Part shown: positions 50,201 to 59,811 of the stretch, one piece after another | Position numbering within the stretch: position 1 is the first letter of the stretch | How the letters are laid out: each line of letters opens with the position of its first letter | Source of the DNA: Candidatus Melainabacteria bacterium 17Bon1m | GTDB lineage: Bacteria > Cyanobacteriota > Vampirovibrionia > Obscuribacterales > Obscuribacteraceae | Length of the DNA: 64,000 nt | NCBI GenBank assembly: GCA_032128875.1 | Contig: JAVLKG010000004.1 | Span: forward strand, 352,001 to 416,000 | Direction: 5' to 3' | The notes under the pieces: model-generated | The model's input: the letters and a program-made list of their open reading frames with translations, nothing else | What the model was told of the DNA's origin: nothing | The model's database searches: none | Program-made: the position numbers and the translations under genes

Positions 50201-50337
50201 TCGATGTTTGGATTCTCATCGATGCCTAGATTGAAATAGCAGATAATCCCCGAGATTGAGAGAATCAGGAATAATAGGATTGATGGTATTGGTTGGCGAA
50301 TAGACCAGGCTGATACGTTCCAGTTCATTGTGTTCAC
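47209..50337 (-). CDS. RND efflux permease (AcrB/AcrD/AcrF family)
   Basis: GILVDDAIVEIEN, KNAILLVEY, RMRPILMT. Confidence 0.97.
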   Translation of the reverse strand: MNTMNWNVSAWSIRQPIPSILLFLILSISGIICYFNLGIDENPNIDMPTVIVTVSENGAAPSELETQVARRIEDAVSGIGNIKHISSTLNEGVSQTRIEFELGTNTDRAVNDVRDAVTRIRTQLPAAIQEPQIQRLDFVGGPFATYTVSSKTLSVKDLSWLIDNDISRALLAVKGVGQVQRAGGVDREINIDLNPAKLEALGVTADIVNTQVRIMNANMPGGRGSVGSQEQSIRTLGSAASVDDLRNTRIALQNGSWAALDSLGKVTDGVAEPRQVAMLDGRPAVAFSIVRSTGSNMAEVGENVDKALKELKKTLPADVEITRIRSNLSYVMDSYHATIDSLLLGAALAIAVIWLFLRDWRASTIAALAMPLSMIPTFAVMKLLGFTLNNMSLLGLALVIGILVDDAIVEIENIVRHIQMGKKPLEAALEAADEIGLAVVATTMTIIVVFLPVAFMGGIPGQFFKQFGVTVAVAVFFSLLVARLITPMMSAFWLKGAVEDPPKGKVQHFFERLLGWALEHRGKTLAIAGSIFIISVAMLASLPTSLVNSADRGESLVAIELPPGATLQTTTDASKRVTKILLSHSEVEHVFASVGTPSNTGVKSSGTAGTVNKSNLYVILKERSHRKISQQQFEDMVRKEIATIPGIRANISATMGLGGKVQILLVGRDAAQLKKTSEQMAIEMRSVEGISDVTSSSALKRPEIQVIPDFAKASDHGVSVQQIARTATMATVGDVDFNLAKFDLADRQINIRVQIDPKLRENIENIGNLKVSSFRGQMIPLKEVAEVRFGSGPAQIDRYDRDRQVTISATLNTGTTLGEALKKIHDLPTFKNLPASVRESVSGDVEIQRDVFSGFGMAIAAAVILIYAVLVLLFNDFLHPLTIMMSLPMAVGGAALGLIIGHQSVGLYALIGIVMLMGLVTKNAILLVEYCLMAMHKGVPRHEALMGAAEARMRPILMTTVAMIAGMIPIALGLGAGSEVRAPMAIAVVGGLITSTFLTLIVVPVVFTYVDDWKVKLAKRASQANSNNDEVAMEPKELTLAK

Positions 50338-51822
50338 CTACTGTCCAACTGCTATTGGATCTTGATCGTTTAAGAATCCGGCACCAGCGACGATGACTTG
50401 TTCGCCCGGTGTGATACCAGAGTTGACTTCAGCCAGTTCTTTAACTCGAGCACCGATGGTGACTTGCTTTTTCTTGGCGATGCCATTTTCGTTGACGAAA
50501 ACATAGTAGACGTCATTGTCAGCAAGCACTGCGCTGTTTGGCACAACCAAAGCATTACGTTGCCCTCTGGCAATTTTGCCTTTGACGAACATGCCAGTCT
50601 TAAACTGAGATTCCTTCGGAATGGAGATACGGACTGTTCCGAGCCTGGTTGAGGTATCAACCGTCGGTGAAATTTGGAACACAGCACCTTTTGCTGTTCT
50701 GATGCCATCGCTGATTTCAGCTGGTTGACCATTGCTGAGGCGCGAAATATCCTCCTGGGACACTTGAGCTTTAAGCTCGATTTCGCCACGTCTAATCATC
50801 TCGAAAAGAGTTTTTCCGCCGGTTGAAACGTCACCAATATGCGCGAAGCGTTTGGTAATCAGACCGTCATCCGGAGCACGCACGATCGTTTGTTCGATCT
50901 GTGCACGAATTTGCTGCACCGTTGCTGCGGATTCATTAGCCGTGGCTCTAGATATGGTGACATCTTCCTTGCGTCCACCTTGTCTCGCCATTTCCAAACG
51001 ATTGGCTGCTTGCTGCGCCATATACTGAGCAGCTTCTAAGTTGTCTTCAGCTGCACGTACTGTGCTGCCGGTGGTGGTGGCTTCTGTTGACTTGGTTTGC
51101 GATTCCATCTCGCTGACAGCACCTTCTTTAAGGAGATTGGCGTAACGAGTCGCGTTGTTCTGCGCAAGAATCCTCGAAGCCTTTGCTTGGTCAAGCATTG
51201 CCCTTCTGTTCTGCACATCTGCTAAAGCTTGTTTGTATGCAGCTTCGAAGGAGCCAATGTCTTCCGGACGATTTGGTTGAGTGGCTTTCAGCACGGAAGC
51301 GCCTGCTCCTTGAAGCCTAGCTTCGGCGGCTGCAAGTTGTGCTCTGAGAACGGAGGAGTCTAAAGTTGCAAGTACCTGCCCTTTTTTTACGTAGTCGCCT
51401 TCTTCGACGTTGACTTGAGTAATGACCAGACCACCTGCTGATGAACCTACCGACAATGGATCTGTGGCTGAAATAGAGCCTGTAAGTTCCAAAACGTCTG
51501 GCATCGGTGCCATTTGGGCGGGCAGAACCGTGACTGTCGCAACGGGCACAGTTTTGGCGGTTTTAGCACCCGCAGCATTTTGAGCTGATTTGCTCATGAG
51601 CACCGAGCCTGCGACTGCTGCAGAACCTATAACGATAATCGCCGAAAGTGCCGCTACGACCGCCACGGAAGAGCGTTTTCGGGGCGATTTCAATGCCGAG
51701 AAAACCCCGTAAAGCTTGCCGGGCAATTGTTTTAAGCTCTTTTTCGATTCAGGGACTGTCTCGGAAGAGTGCTCGGCTGAACTATATATAGATTGCTCGC
51801 TTTTAGGGTCTAGCGTCATCAT
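50338..51822 (-). CDS. RND periplasmic adaptor subunit (probable start 51822)
   Basis: VEEGDYVKKGQVLA, IVRAPDDG; GGAG RBS. Confidence 0.93.
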   Translation of the reverse strand: MMTLDPKSEQSIYSSAEHSSETVPESKKSLKQLPGKLYGVFSALKSPRKRSSVAVVAALSAIIVIGSAAVAGSVLMSKSAQNAAGAKTAKTVPVATVTVLPAQMAPMPDVLELTGSISATDPLSVGSSAGGLVITQVNVEEGDYVKKGQVLATLDSSVLRAQLAAAEARLQGAGASVLKATQPNRPEDIGSFEAAYKQALADVQNRRAMLDQAKASRILAQNNATRYANLLKEGAVSEMESQTKSTEATTTGSTVRAAEDNLEAAQYMAQQAANRLEMARQGGRKEDVTISRATANESAATVQQIRAQIEQTIVRAPDDGLITKRFAHIGDVSTGGKTLFEMIRRGEIELKAQVSQEDISRLSNGQPAEISDGIRTAKGAVFQISPTVDTSTRLGTVRISIPKESQFKTGMFVKGKIARGQRNALVVPNSAVLADNDVYYVFVNENGIAKKKQVTIGARVKELAEVNSGITPGEQVIVAGAGFLNDQDPIAVGQ

Positions 51823-51886
51823 CTTTTCTGGTCTCCGGAGCCTGTTTGGCTTTTGCAGCTTTTGGGGGTTTGTAATAGCATTATAA

Positions 51887-51904
51887 ATGAATGAATTCAT
51901 TCAT
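51887..51904. promoter_or_regulatory. TetR-type operator, copy 1
   Basis: perfect 18-bp palindrome ATGAATGAATTCATTCAT next to a minus-strand TATAAT (51880-51885). Confidence 0.8.
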
Positions 51905-52060
51905 GCGCAGATCTAATGACATACTGATCTGGGAAATGTTCCGGCTTTTTTGCCGTGATTGAGCTCAGAGCCTGGTATCGTCCATAATGTGGGGTTTCAG
52001 GGCGTTCAAATGCCCGGTGAGTTTGTTCACAATAACCAGCTAAGTTGGAGCTTTTGCAAA

Positions 52061-52633
52061 ATGGCGCGTCCGGTTGACCCTGAAAAACGCATAGCAATTC
52101 TTCAAGCGGCAAAGAAGATTATTTTGCGCGAAGGTTATGGCGCCGCAAAGATCGCGCAGATTGCTGCGGAGGCGGGGGTAGCTGCCGGAACCGTTTATCT
52201 CTACTTCGAATCAAAAGAGGCAATTGCTGATGCACTCGCTGCGGAGTTCTTCCAGCGCGCGGCTGCTTTGACCGAAAAGTACGTTCCGAAGATTGTAGAG
52301 CCTAAGGGCATCGAAAAGTATATCGATGCTGTTGTTCAGTTTGCCATTAGTGAAAAACCGATTCTCGAGCAAATTCGTCCTGATCCAGGACTGGCTGATG
52401 ATGAGGATTCGCGCCAAAAGCGATGTCTTCTGCAAGAACATATGGGTCGCCTTCTAACAACGCTCATGGATGAAGGGAAGATTCAGAAATACAATGCCAA
52501 TGTGTTGGGTTCATTAATCTTCGGTATCATGCACAGTATCATTATGGGTGCAGTAATTTTTGAAGATCAGCCTTTGAGCGAGTACAAGAAAACGGCTTCG
52601 GATCTACTTCGCAGAGCGCTAAAGCCTGATTAA
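52061..52633 (+). CDS. TetR/AcrR family regulator
   Basis: IAAEAGVAAGTVYLYFESKE. Confidence 0.95.
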   Translation: MARPVDPEKRIAILQAAKKIILREGYGAAKIAQIAAEAGVAAGTVYLYFESKEAIADALAAEFFQRAAALTEKYVPKIVEPKGIEKYIDAVVQFAISEKPILEQIRPDPGLADDEDSRQKRCLLQEHMGRLLTTLMDEGKIQKYNANVLGSLIFGIMHSIIMGAVIFEDQPLSEYKKTASDLLRRALKPD

Positions 52634-52664
52634 CAAATATAGGTTCGAAACATGATGTCGACCG

Positions 52665-53225
52665 TTAGCGACGAAAACATTTTGTAGAGTGGTCGTTGAC
52701 TATTCCAACCGCTTGCATCCAAGCGTAGACAATCACAGGACCGACAAATTTGAAGCCACGCCGTTTCAGCTCTTTTGAAATCTGCTCTGAGAGTTCTGTC
52801 TGTGCCAGAACGGTTTTGCCGTCACCTTTGATGACCTTTCCTTTGGTGAAAGACCAGCAGAAATCGTTGAAATTCTCGCCTTCTTTCTGCATTTCGCAGT
52901 AGATTTTCGCGGCTGTGATTGTTGCTTCAATCTTTGCTCTTGATCGAATAATCCCTTCGTTTTTCAGAAGTCGCAAAATTTCTTTTTCCTTGAACTTCGC
53001 TACTTTTGCTGGATCAAAATTGGCAAACGCTTTGCGAAACTCTTCTCGTTTGTTCAGAATGGTGCTCCAGGACAAGCCCGCCTGAAATCCTTCGAGAACC
53101 AACATTTCCCACAGCATGCGCGCGTCGTGCTGCGGCACGCCCCACTCCTTATCGTGGTATTGCTGCATCAACTTGTTGTCACCTGCCCAACTGCAGCGCT
53201 GGCGCTGCTCTGCCTTGCTTACCAC
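52665..53225 (-). CDS. tag: DNA-3-methyladenine glycosylase I
   Basis: RCSW, YHDKEWGVP, LEGFQAGLSW, NDH..CF. Confidence 0.96.
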   Translation of the reverse strand: MVSKAEQRQRCSWAGDNKLMQQYHDKEWGVPQHDARMLWEMLVLEGFQAGLSWSTILNKREEFRKAFANFDPAKVAKFKEKEILRLLKNEGIIRSRAKIEATITAAKIYCEMQKEGENFNDFCWSFTKGKVIKGDGKTVLAQTELSEQISKELKRRGFKFVGPVIVYAWMQAVGIVNDHSTKCFRR

Positions 53226-53328
53226 GATATGCTCCGACGAGTTGAATAACTCGCTTATTCTTGCACATCGTTGGTATCAGATAGACCTTTAGTTAGGTTT
53301 TTCGTAAGCCATGTTATTTAGAGGCTAA

Positions 53329-54318
53329 TTACTTTACAGTTTCTTGTTTGTCCAGCTGTGAAACAGCTTGTGTGTTCATTCCCATCGATGCCATTTTTGA
53401 TTTGATTGTAGGAACCATCTCACGCGCCGCTTTCTCGCCCTCGGCTACAGCAAGCTTGAAGTCTTCTTTCTTCTTTGAGAGAAGCGAAATGCCCGTGACC
53501 TTGGGATTGATAATGAAATCAGCAATTTTCAGATGAAGTTCGTCGGCGCATGCCAACACAATGCTCGACATTCTGTTGCTTGTTTTGCCGAAGTTCATCA
53601 AATCTTCTGGCTTCAATTTTTTTAGTGGTTCGTTAACGTCTACTGCAATCAGTACATCAGAACCCATTGCTCGTGCGGGATACGTAGGCATGTTAGAACG
53701 AATACCGCCATCTGCGTAGACGTTGCCATCAATTTCTACAGCGCGCAGAATTGGCGGAAGAGTTGCACTTGCCCGCACAGCTTGGCCGAGATCGCCTTTT
53801 GTAAGTCTATATGCTTTCCCATCAAGCAAGTTGGTTACAACTGCTGCGAAGGTTGGGCTGAGATTCTCAATTTTGCGTTTGTCTTCCGGAACATTTTCAT
53901 TGATGAAGTCAGCCAAACCTTGTCCGTCATAAAAGCCTGGCTGTTTCTTCTTGCGGAACACCCAGAGTTTTCCACCCGCCTTTTTCATTAACTGAATCGG
54001 CACTGGCAGAGGCGCATATGCTTTTCTTAAACGACCATCTACAACCAGTTCTTCGATTTTGTCGAGAGGGACACCGGCACAATACAGGCTGCCGATGATG
54101 GAACCCATGCTATTTCCCACGATAATATCTGGTTTTATACCTTCTTGTTCGAGCACTCTCAGCACGCCAATATGAGCGGCTCCTCTGGTTCCGCCACCGC
54201 CGAGAGCAATGCCGAGCTTGGGCGGATGATTTGGCTGGATAGCTTCTTCGGCAAATGCCGCATTAGTGCCGAAGAGTGATGCCAATAAACACGAAAGTGC
54301 AACCACAGTGCGCTTCAT
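53329..54318 (-). CDS. exported patatin-like phospholipase
   Basis: GGGGTRG, GNSMG, DGG; signal peptide. Confidence 0.93.
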   Translation of the reverse strand: MKRTVVALSCLLASLFGTNAAFAEEAIQPNHPPKLGIALGGGGTRGAAHIGVLRVLEQEGIKPDIIVGNSMGSIIGSLYCAGVPLDKIEELVVDGRLRKAYAPLPVPIQLMKKAGGKLWVFRKKKQPGFYDGQGLADFINENVPEDKRKIENLSPTFAAVVTNLLDGKAYRLTKGDLGQAVRASATLPPILRAVEIDGNVYADGGIRSNMPTYPARAMGSDVLIAVDVNEPLKKLKPEDLMNFGKTSNRMSSIVLACADELHLKIADFIINPKVTGISLLSKKKEDFKLAVAEGEKAAREMVPTIKSKMASMGMNTQAVSQLDKQETVK

Positions 54319-54370
54319 TATCTTTGCCTCCGGGCGGCGAAGCAGAACCCACGTCCGCTTCTACGCCGGC

Positions 54371-54398
54371 TTAGACTGGCGAGGCGCCCCAGAGTTCC
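54371..54398 (-). promoter_or_regulatory. ECF-sigma-type promoter
   Basis: GGAACT-N16-GTCTAA. Confidence 0.7.
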
Positions 54399-54457
54399 CG
54401 CGGTAGTGCAATATCCGCTGTGGCTTCGCCTGTGGGCGTTTTGGGCACAATTTTGTG

Positions 54458-55516
54458 CTATTTTGCCTTGCTTTCTTCTGGCAGATCCTTGTCTGTACTA
54501 AACTGGTCTTGAAAAGATTGGTCCAGCTTTGCTACGGCGTCCGCTCCCGCGATATCGACCAGACTTTGACGATATCGGCGAGCAATATAGAACGCCTCCT
54601 CAATGTCTGTTTTCGCTTTGTCGATCCAATATTCCATTTCGATCTGTTTTATCGCGTCTTGCCCGGCGCGCGCCTCCTGGATCAAATTCTGCAACTTCGT
54701 AGATCGTGCCTGCGCGTATTCAATTGATTTGACACGGAATTTATAGTCTCTATAGTGCTCTGTCAGTTTGTCAGCAATGCCTCTAACCATCTGATAGAGA
54801 ATGATTGCCTGGGTTTGATCTAGTTGGGTATTTCTCTGCGATTTTGCATTTTGAAAATCTAGCCCCTGGGAAATTGCACCACTTGTGAGTTGAGATGCCA
54901 AAACAGTTGCTGGACTTGGTCCGTACACTGACTGCGCGGTGTTCGCGATCGAAATCATCGATGAGGAAATCATTCTCATCAGTATGTTGGTAGTTCTGTT
55001 TTTGTCACTACTCGGTATCAATTTCTGAACAACGAACTGTAAATCAGTACTTCGGTCGAGGGTTGCTGCCCATAGTGCCGTGATCTGCTCCTTCTCGTAT
55101 TTCGAATCTTTTTCAATGATGCTGTCTATTTCCGCATTAGTACGCTGCAAGATGATTGGCGATACATTGACTTTGTTTGCACGTTCGAGCAGGTTTTTGT
55201 GAGGCTTTGACTTTTCTTCCGGTTGCTTGCTCTCGCTGAAATTTATTGGTGCGATATCAGAACTTTGCACAGATTCTTTTTCATTTGGAGAGAGTGTTTC
55301 TACGGAATTCGATTGGAGTTTTTCTTCGGTTGGAGTGTGGAGATTTGATTGTTTGGTTGCGGCAAATGGAAATGAAAAGGCCGCTTGGCAAAAAACACTT
55401 TCAGCGAAAATTGAAACGGTAACAAGCAGCGAAAGTGAAAGGATTCCTTCTATTAGAGTGTAAGAACGAGAGATGAACATGCACCTTTCCAGTCTGGCAG
55501 TAGCGACACAAGCCAA
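54458..55516 (-). CDS. hypothetical exported helical protein
   Basis: 352-aa ORF with hydrophobic N-terminus; start uncertain. Confidence 0.72.
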   Translation of the reverse strand: MACVATARLERCMFISRSYTLIEGILSLSLLVTVSIFAESVFCQAAFSFPFAATKQSNLHTPTEEKLQSNSVETLSPNEKESVQSSDIAPINFSESKQPEEKSKPHKNLLERANKVNVSPIILQRTNAEIDSIIEKDSKYEKEQITALWAATLDRSTDLQFVVQKLIPSSDKNRTTNILMRMISSSMISIANTAQSVYGPSPATVLASQLTSGAISQGLDFQNAKSQRNTQLDQTQAIILYQMVRGIADKLTEHYRDYKFRVKSIEYAQARSTKLQNLIQEARAGQDAIKQIEMEYWIDKAKTDIEEAFYIARRYRQSLVDIAGADAVAKLDQSFQDQFSTDKDLPEESKAK

Positions 55517-55603
55517 AAACGACGACCGATAAAAAACACATGTTCCGCGCTTTTCGGCTTTATGAGAAAAAATGAGTTGTCAACGGCGTGTGCAAATGAC
55601 TGA

Positions 55604-56829
55604 CTACGTGTGCTGTTTTAGAGACGCCGTAAAACGATCGCAGTCAGCACATTCAAAAGCGTAATAAATCGCGTCGCCAAAGCCGTTTAAGTCTGTTTCG
55701 GAAATCTGTCCGACAAACATCATGGTTGTTCGGCAGTCAGGGCATTGAGGATAGCTAGGAAGCTGAATCCAAGCGGGATGCCCTCCGATTTGTGAGATTC
55801 CTTTTTCAAAATGACCTTCAACTGCAAAATAGGGCGAGCGTGATTTGTTTGATAAACAAAGGATTTCCCTCGGCATCTGAGGTGCGCTCTTTACCCACTG
55901 AGGGACGTCGATGTTGATTTTGTTGAAATCACACCAACGAGGCATTTCGTCCACTTCTTTCATAAAAAGTGTGTCGGTGAATCCTGAGCAAAATTCGCAT
56001 GTCACTATGTGCAAGTTTGAGTGCTTTGGACGTTTATCGTCCAGTCGTTCTGAATTAAACAGAACAACAAGGTTATTGTTACACCAAGGACATTGATTTT
56101 GTGAGTCAATGATGGCTCTCGCAGCGCTTTTGGAACTATTTCCTTGAATTTTTTCAAAAGGAACGGAATTAGAAGTGCAAAGTTCTCTTCTTTGTCCATT
56201 CTTCGTTAACTCCCAACCAGCCGAATAAGTGTAATTGCATGCTCATCGCTTATTTTCTTGTGAAACAGATTGATGACCTGCTCATCTCCAACCCATGCCA
56301 ACGCAGACAGAGCTTCATGAGGTAAATAGTCTATCCGTGAAAATAGTTTGTCTCTGATTTTTTTGTTGGCATTTCGGAAGAGGACGGCAGGTGTGAGCAT
56401 GTCTACCTTCAATAGCTCATCCAGAACTTTTGTGATGTCAAATTCAGTCGCTCTTCGCAGTGCAGTGGCGATCTCGCAAGCTGATTCCTCGTCACCTTTT
56501 TTGATACGTTTGATTAGCTCGTTGACTAGTCGATCCGCTTCGACGTTTGAAAGTTGGCAGCAGACTTCTGCCGCAGTTTCGGGATACTCAAGCTCTCGGA
56601 CAAGTGGATCGATCGGCTTATCTCGATGCATGATTAGCAGCACGTCGACGTTGTCTTTTGCATGCACAAAGGGATCAACGATTTTCTGATTGGCTTTAAT
56701 GATTGCTTCTTGACGGTCTCTTTCGGCTTTGTGAACACACGGCATGCAAAAACCACCGGTGCGCGCGGCTGTTGCCGGCAGGATTGTCGAATCACAGCCC
56801 GATTGCTGGCATTGAATACGGTCAGTCAT
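55604..56829 (-). pseudogene. frameshifted Cys-rich DUF1963/YwqG-like gene
   Basis: alternative frame YSAGWELTKNGQRRELC..CPWC runs without a stop into ORF 55604-56014 (SQIGGHPAWIQ..YPQCPDC). Confidence 0.72.
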
Positions 56830-56958
56830 CGTTTTCTGTTGAAGATTGATACGGAAAGGCACCCATATTATATGGTGAATGTGAGACTTTCACTTGATGC
56901 CTTTGCTAAGTGAAATTTTTGACGCCGAACAGTAAAATGTTTAAGAGATGCGACTATC

Positions 56959-57573
56959 GTGATTTGTGGAGGTTCGATGTATCAGGCGATGAGCAGCTTT
57001 TCTCGCCGTGTTATTTGGTCCGTCGCAGTTTCCTTATCGCTCTTATATTCTGCATTTCCTGCTTTCACCGCCGATGATTCAATGCATTGTAAGATGGGCG
57101 CGGAAGCGAGTAGTGGGACCATAGAAAGCATTTGTCAAAATAAGGCGGGAGTTATGGTTGCTAACGCAAAGTCCATAGTGGAACGTTTGAAGCCGGGTGT
57201 AGATTTCCAGGGTGAGTTGAAGCGGATTGCGGCGGAGCACAATTTAAAGGCCGGTGTAATTGTTTCGGCAGTTGGCTCTTTTAGAACTGCAAGTTTGCGA
57301 TTTGCCGGGGCAAATGAGGCAACGACAATTACAGGTCCTCTGGAAGTCGTTTCAGTGACCGGCACCATTTCAGAAAAAGGCATGCATGTCCATTTGTCTG
57401 TGTCTGATGCGAATGGAAAAACCATTGGTGGACATTTGATGCCTGGCTGCAAGGTATTTACTACGATCGAATTGGTAATTGTAGATTTAAGTGATGACTG
57501 GTCATTTGAGAGAAAGACGGATGAGCACACGACCTATCTCGAGCTAGATCCCCAGCCAATCGACGCAAAGTAG
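56959..57573 (+). CDS. PPC/DUF296 domain protein
   Basis: RLKPG, SAVGS, EVVSVTGT, HVHLSVSD, GGHL. Confidence 0.88.
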   Translation: MICGGSMYQAMSSFSRRVIWSVAVSLSLLYSAFPAFTADDSMHCKMGAEASSGTIESICQNKAGVMVANAKSIVERLKPGVDFQGELKRIAAEHNLKAGVIVSAVGSFRTASLRFAGANEATTITGPLEVVSVTGTISEKGMHVHLSVSDANGKTIGGHLMPGCKVFTTIELVIVDLSDDWSFERKTDEHTTYLELDPQPIDAK

Positions 57574-57664
57574 AGATTATCAGCTGCTGGAAACAAGATT
57601 AGCAGCATAGCGTCCAACGATCGCATGTTCTGATTTGCCTGCACCTTCTAGTTTGAGGTTGCAC

Positions 57665-58342
57665 ATGAAGTCGTGCGCGTTCAGCTATATTTCCCGATTT
57701 TGTGCTCTGAGTGCTCTTCTTTGCGCTGCTGTGATGCCCGCTTTTGCACTTGATGCGGAAACTCAATATTTGGATTCTGACAGCATTGCAACCCGCTCTC
57801 TTGCTGTTGCTGAGTCTATGAGAACAAGCGGTTATTGCTATGCCGGTGTCAGCAAGGCGTTGTCTCCTTTGGGCGTTGTTCTCACTGGCGCAGCCGCGTA
57901 TGAGGCTCGTGAGCAGTTACTGGTCGACTCTCGATTTACTCCTGTGTCAACTGATGAGAGTGTGGACTTAAGGCGCGGAGATATCATCGTTTTCAATAAA
58001 TCGATATCTCACCCCTACGGGCACATTTGCGTGTATCAAGGGAATAGACAGGAGTCAAGCGACCATGTTTCTTCGCTTTCGAATCCTGATAAATACGGTG
58101 GTTTTACAGTCTTTAGATTGCGTTCGCAGAGCTACGAAATCGCTGGCAGCGACGCACATCTTGAATGGATAGCGAAAATGCCGAAGTCGGCTCCGGACTT
58201 TCGGAACCTCAACACACCCGTTGGCAAGCCGAGTGGGGGCTTGAAAGAGTTTTTGCGAAAGGAGTTTCGCACGATCAGTAAATCTCCCGAAGGAAAGTCA
58301 CTTAAAAGCAGGCTTGTTCGATTTGTTATGTCTAGTTGGTGA
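57665..58342 (+). CDS. exported NlpC/P60- or CHAP-like peptidase/amidase
   Basis: GYCYAGV, GDIIVF, YGHICVY; signal peptide. Confidence 0.65.
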   Translation: MKSCAFSYISRFCALSALLCAAVMPAFALDAETQYLDSDSIATRSLAVAESMRTSGYCYAGVSKALSPLGVVLTGAAAYEAREQLLVDSRFTPVSTDESVDLRRGDIIVFNKSISHPYGHICVYQGNRQESSDHVSSLSNPDKYGGFTVFRLRSQSYEIAGSDAHLEWIAKMPKSAPDFRNLNTPVGKPSGGLKEFLRKEFRTISKSPEGKSLKSRLVRFVMSSW

Positions 58343-58406
58343 TCCTCGAAATTTGTTAATTGCTGATGCAGTTATAATTGCTGGTTGTGTTTAGAGGACA
58401 ACCAAA

Positions 58407-59126
58407 ATGCCACAGGTAACCGCTCAGCTTGCAGATGTAGCAACAGCTCAGATAACAGACGCTTGCATAAAGGGGAAAGTCAAATATGTCTGTGCACCTG
58501 CCGGGCTAAGTCCCGTTCTATCCGAACACGAACTGAAACACACACTTTGCGGGTCAGTTGTGCCTGTTCGCCATTACGGAAGTGTGGATGTTTTTTTAGA
58601 ACTGATCGAGACCACTCCAAACGTCGAAAACTGCATTTTAGTTATCGACAATAATGGACGAACTGACGAAGCGTGTATTGGCGATCTTGTTGCATTGGAA
58701 GCTAAGCACGCTGGGTTTGCCGCGATCTTGATCTGGGGCTTGCATCGCGATACCCGCGATTTGAGAAAAATTGGGCTGCCTGTCTTTTCATATGGTGCTT
58801 ATCCTAGCGGACCAGTACGTCTTGATGCGCGCGAATCAGAGGTGTTTAAGAGTGTGCGTTTTGGCGATGCAGTTATCACGAACGAGCACACCGCGTTTAT
58901 AGATCATGACGGCGCAGTTTTTGTTGAAACTAAATACGTCGATCAGGTAATTGGGGTTGCAAAAACGATTCGAGAGCGCGAAGTGAAACAGGCTAACGCT
59001 GCCAATAATGGAACTTCGTTGCGCGAACAATTCCGCTTCGACGAATTTCTCAAAGAACGGACCAACAATTCCAGTCTGACTTTCCGTGAGCATTTACGCG
59101 GTGTTATGAGTTCTATCGAAGAGTAA
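58407..59126 (+). CDS. RraA/HMG aldolase family protein
   Basis: ITDA, LVID, ACIGDL, GLHRD, DHDGAVF. Confidence 0.88.
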   Translation: MPQVTAQLADVATAQITDACIKGKVKYVCAPAGLSPVLSEHELKHTLCGSVVPVRHYGSVDVFLELIETTPNVENCILVIDNNGRTDEACIGDLVALEAKHAGFAAILIWGLHRDTRDLRKIGLPVFSYGAYPSGPVRLDARESEVFKSVRFGDAVITNEHTAFIDHDGAVFVETKYVDQVIGVAKTIREREVKQANAANNGTSLREQFRFDEFLKERTNNSSLTFREHLRGVMSSIEE

Positions 59127-59420
59127 GCGACTGCTTCGCAAGTCCAAACAAAAGCAAATATCCGACTTCTTCTAAGTTCATACTATTCGAATACCGCAGT
59201 CGAGATGTGCTATGCTTCAGCTGAATCGTCAGGCTCTTGTTCGACCTCAAGCGTCTAAGTTAAGGTTGAGCTTTGAAAAGCCGCATCAATACAGAGTTTT
59301 TAATAACCAGGTGTTTTGCCAGAATCAGTGCCATTCAGTTGGACTTGATTTGCTTGAACGAGTTTTCACTTCGCAAGGGTTTGCGTGGTGAGTCATTGTC
59401 ACAATAAGGTTTAATTACAA

Positions 59421-59696
59421 ATGCAGAATAAACTATTCATACGCAACCTCTCGTACAAGACAGAGGATGCGGAGCTTTCAGAGCTCTTTTCCAGTTTTGG
59501 AAAAGTAGTCTCTGCGAAAGTCGCAGTGGACCGTGAAACAGGAAGAGGTCGCGGATTCGGATTTGTCGAAATGAGCAGCGGAGAAAGCGCAAGCGATGCT
59601 ATGGCAGCATTGAACAGTTCGCAATTTGGCGGAAGACCTATCTATGTTGCTGTTTCAGAGCCGCGCGCATCACGTCCAAACGAACGTAACTGGTAA
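59421..59696 (+). CDS. RRM RNA-binding protein
   Basis: RNP2 LFIRNL, RNP1 RGFGFVEM. Confidence 0.95.
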   Translation: MQNKLFIRNLSYKTEDAELSELFSSFGKVVSAKVAVDRETGRGRGFGFVEMSSGESASDAMAALNSSQFGGRPIYVAVSEPRASRPNERNW

Positions 59697-59811
59697 TCTC
59701 AGTTATTAGAAATTGATGAAAAACAGTGTGGTGTAATGTACGAACATTACCTTAGTCAGCCTCGAAAACGCTGAGCCACACTGCGATTCCAATTTTTAAT
59801 GTAAATAGTCG

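Noticed and set aside
56005-56199. 64-aa ORF as a separate gene
   Set aside because: Out-of-frame shadow of the frameshifted gene
59724-59785. tRNA-like fold on the minus strand
   Set aside because: No anticodon arm, non-canonical T loop, acceptor ends do not pair in tRNA register
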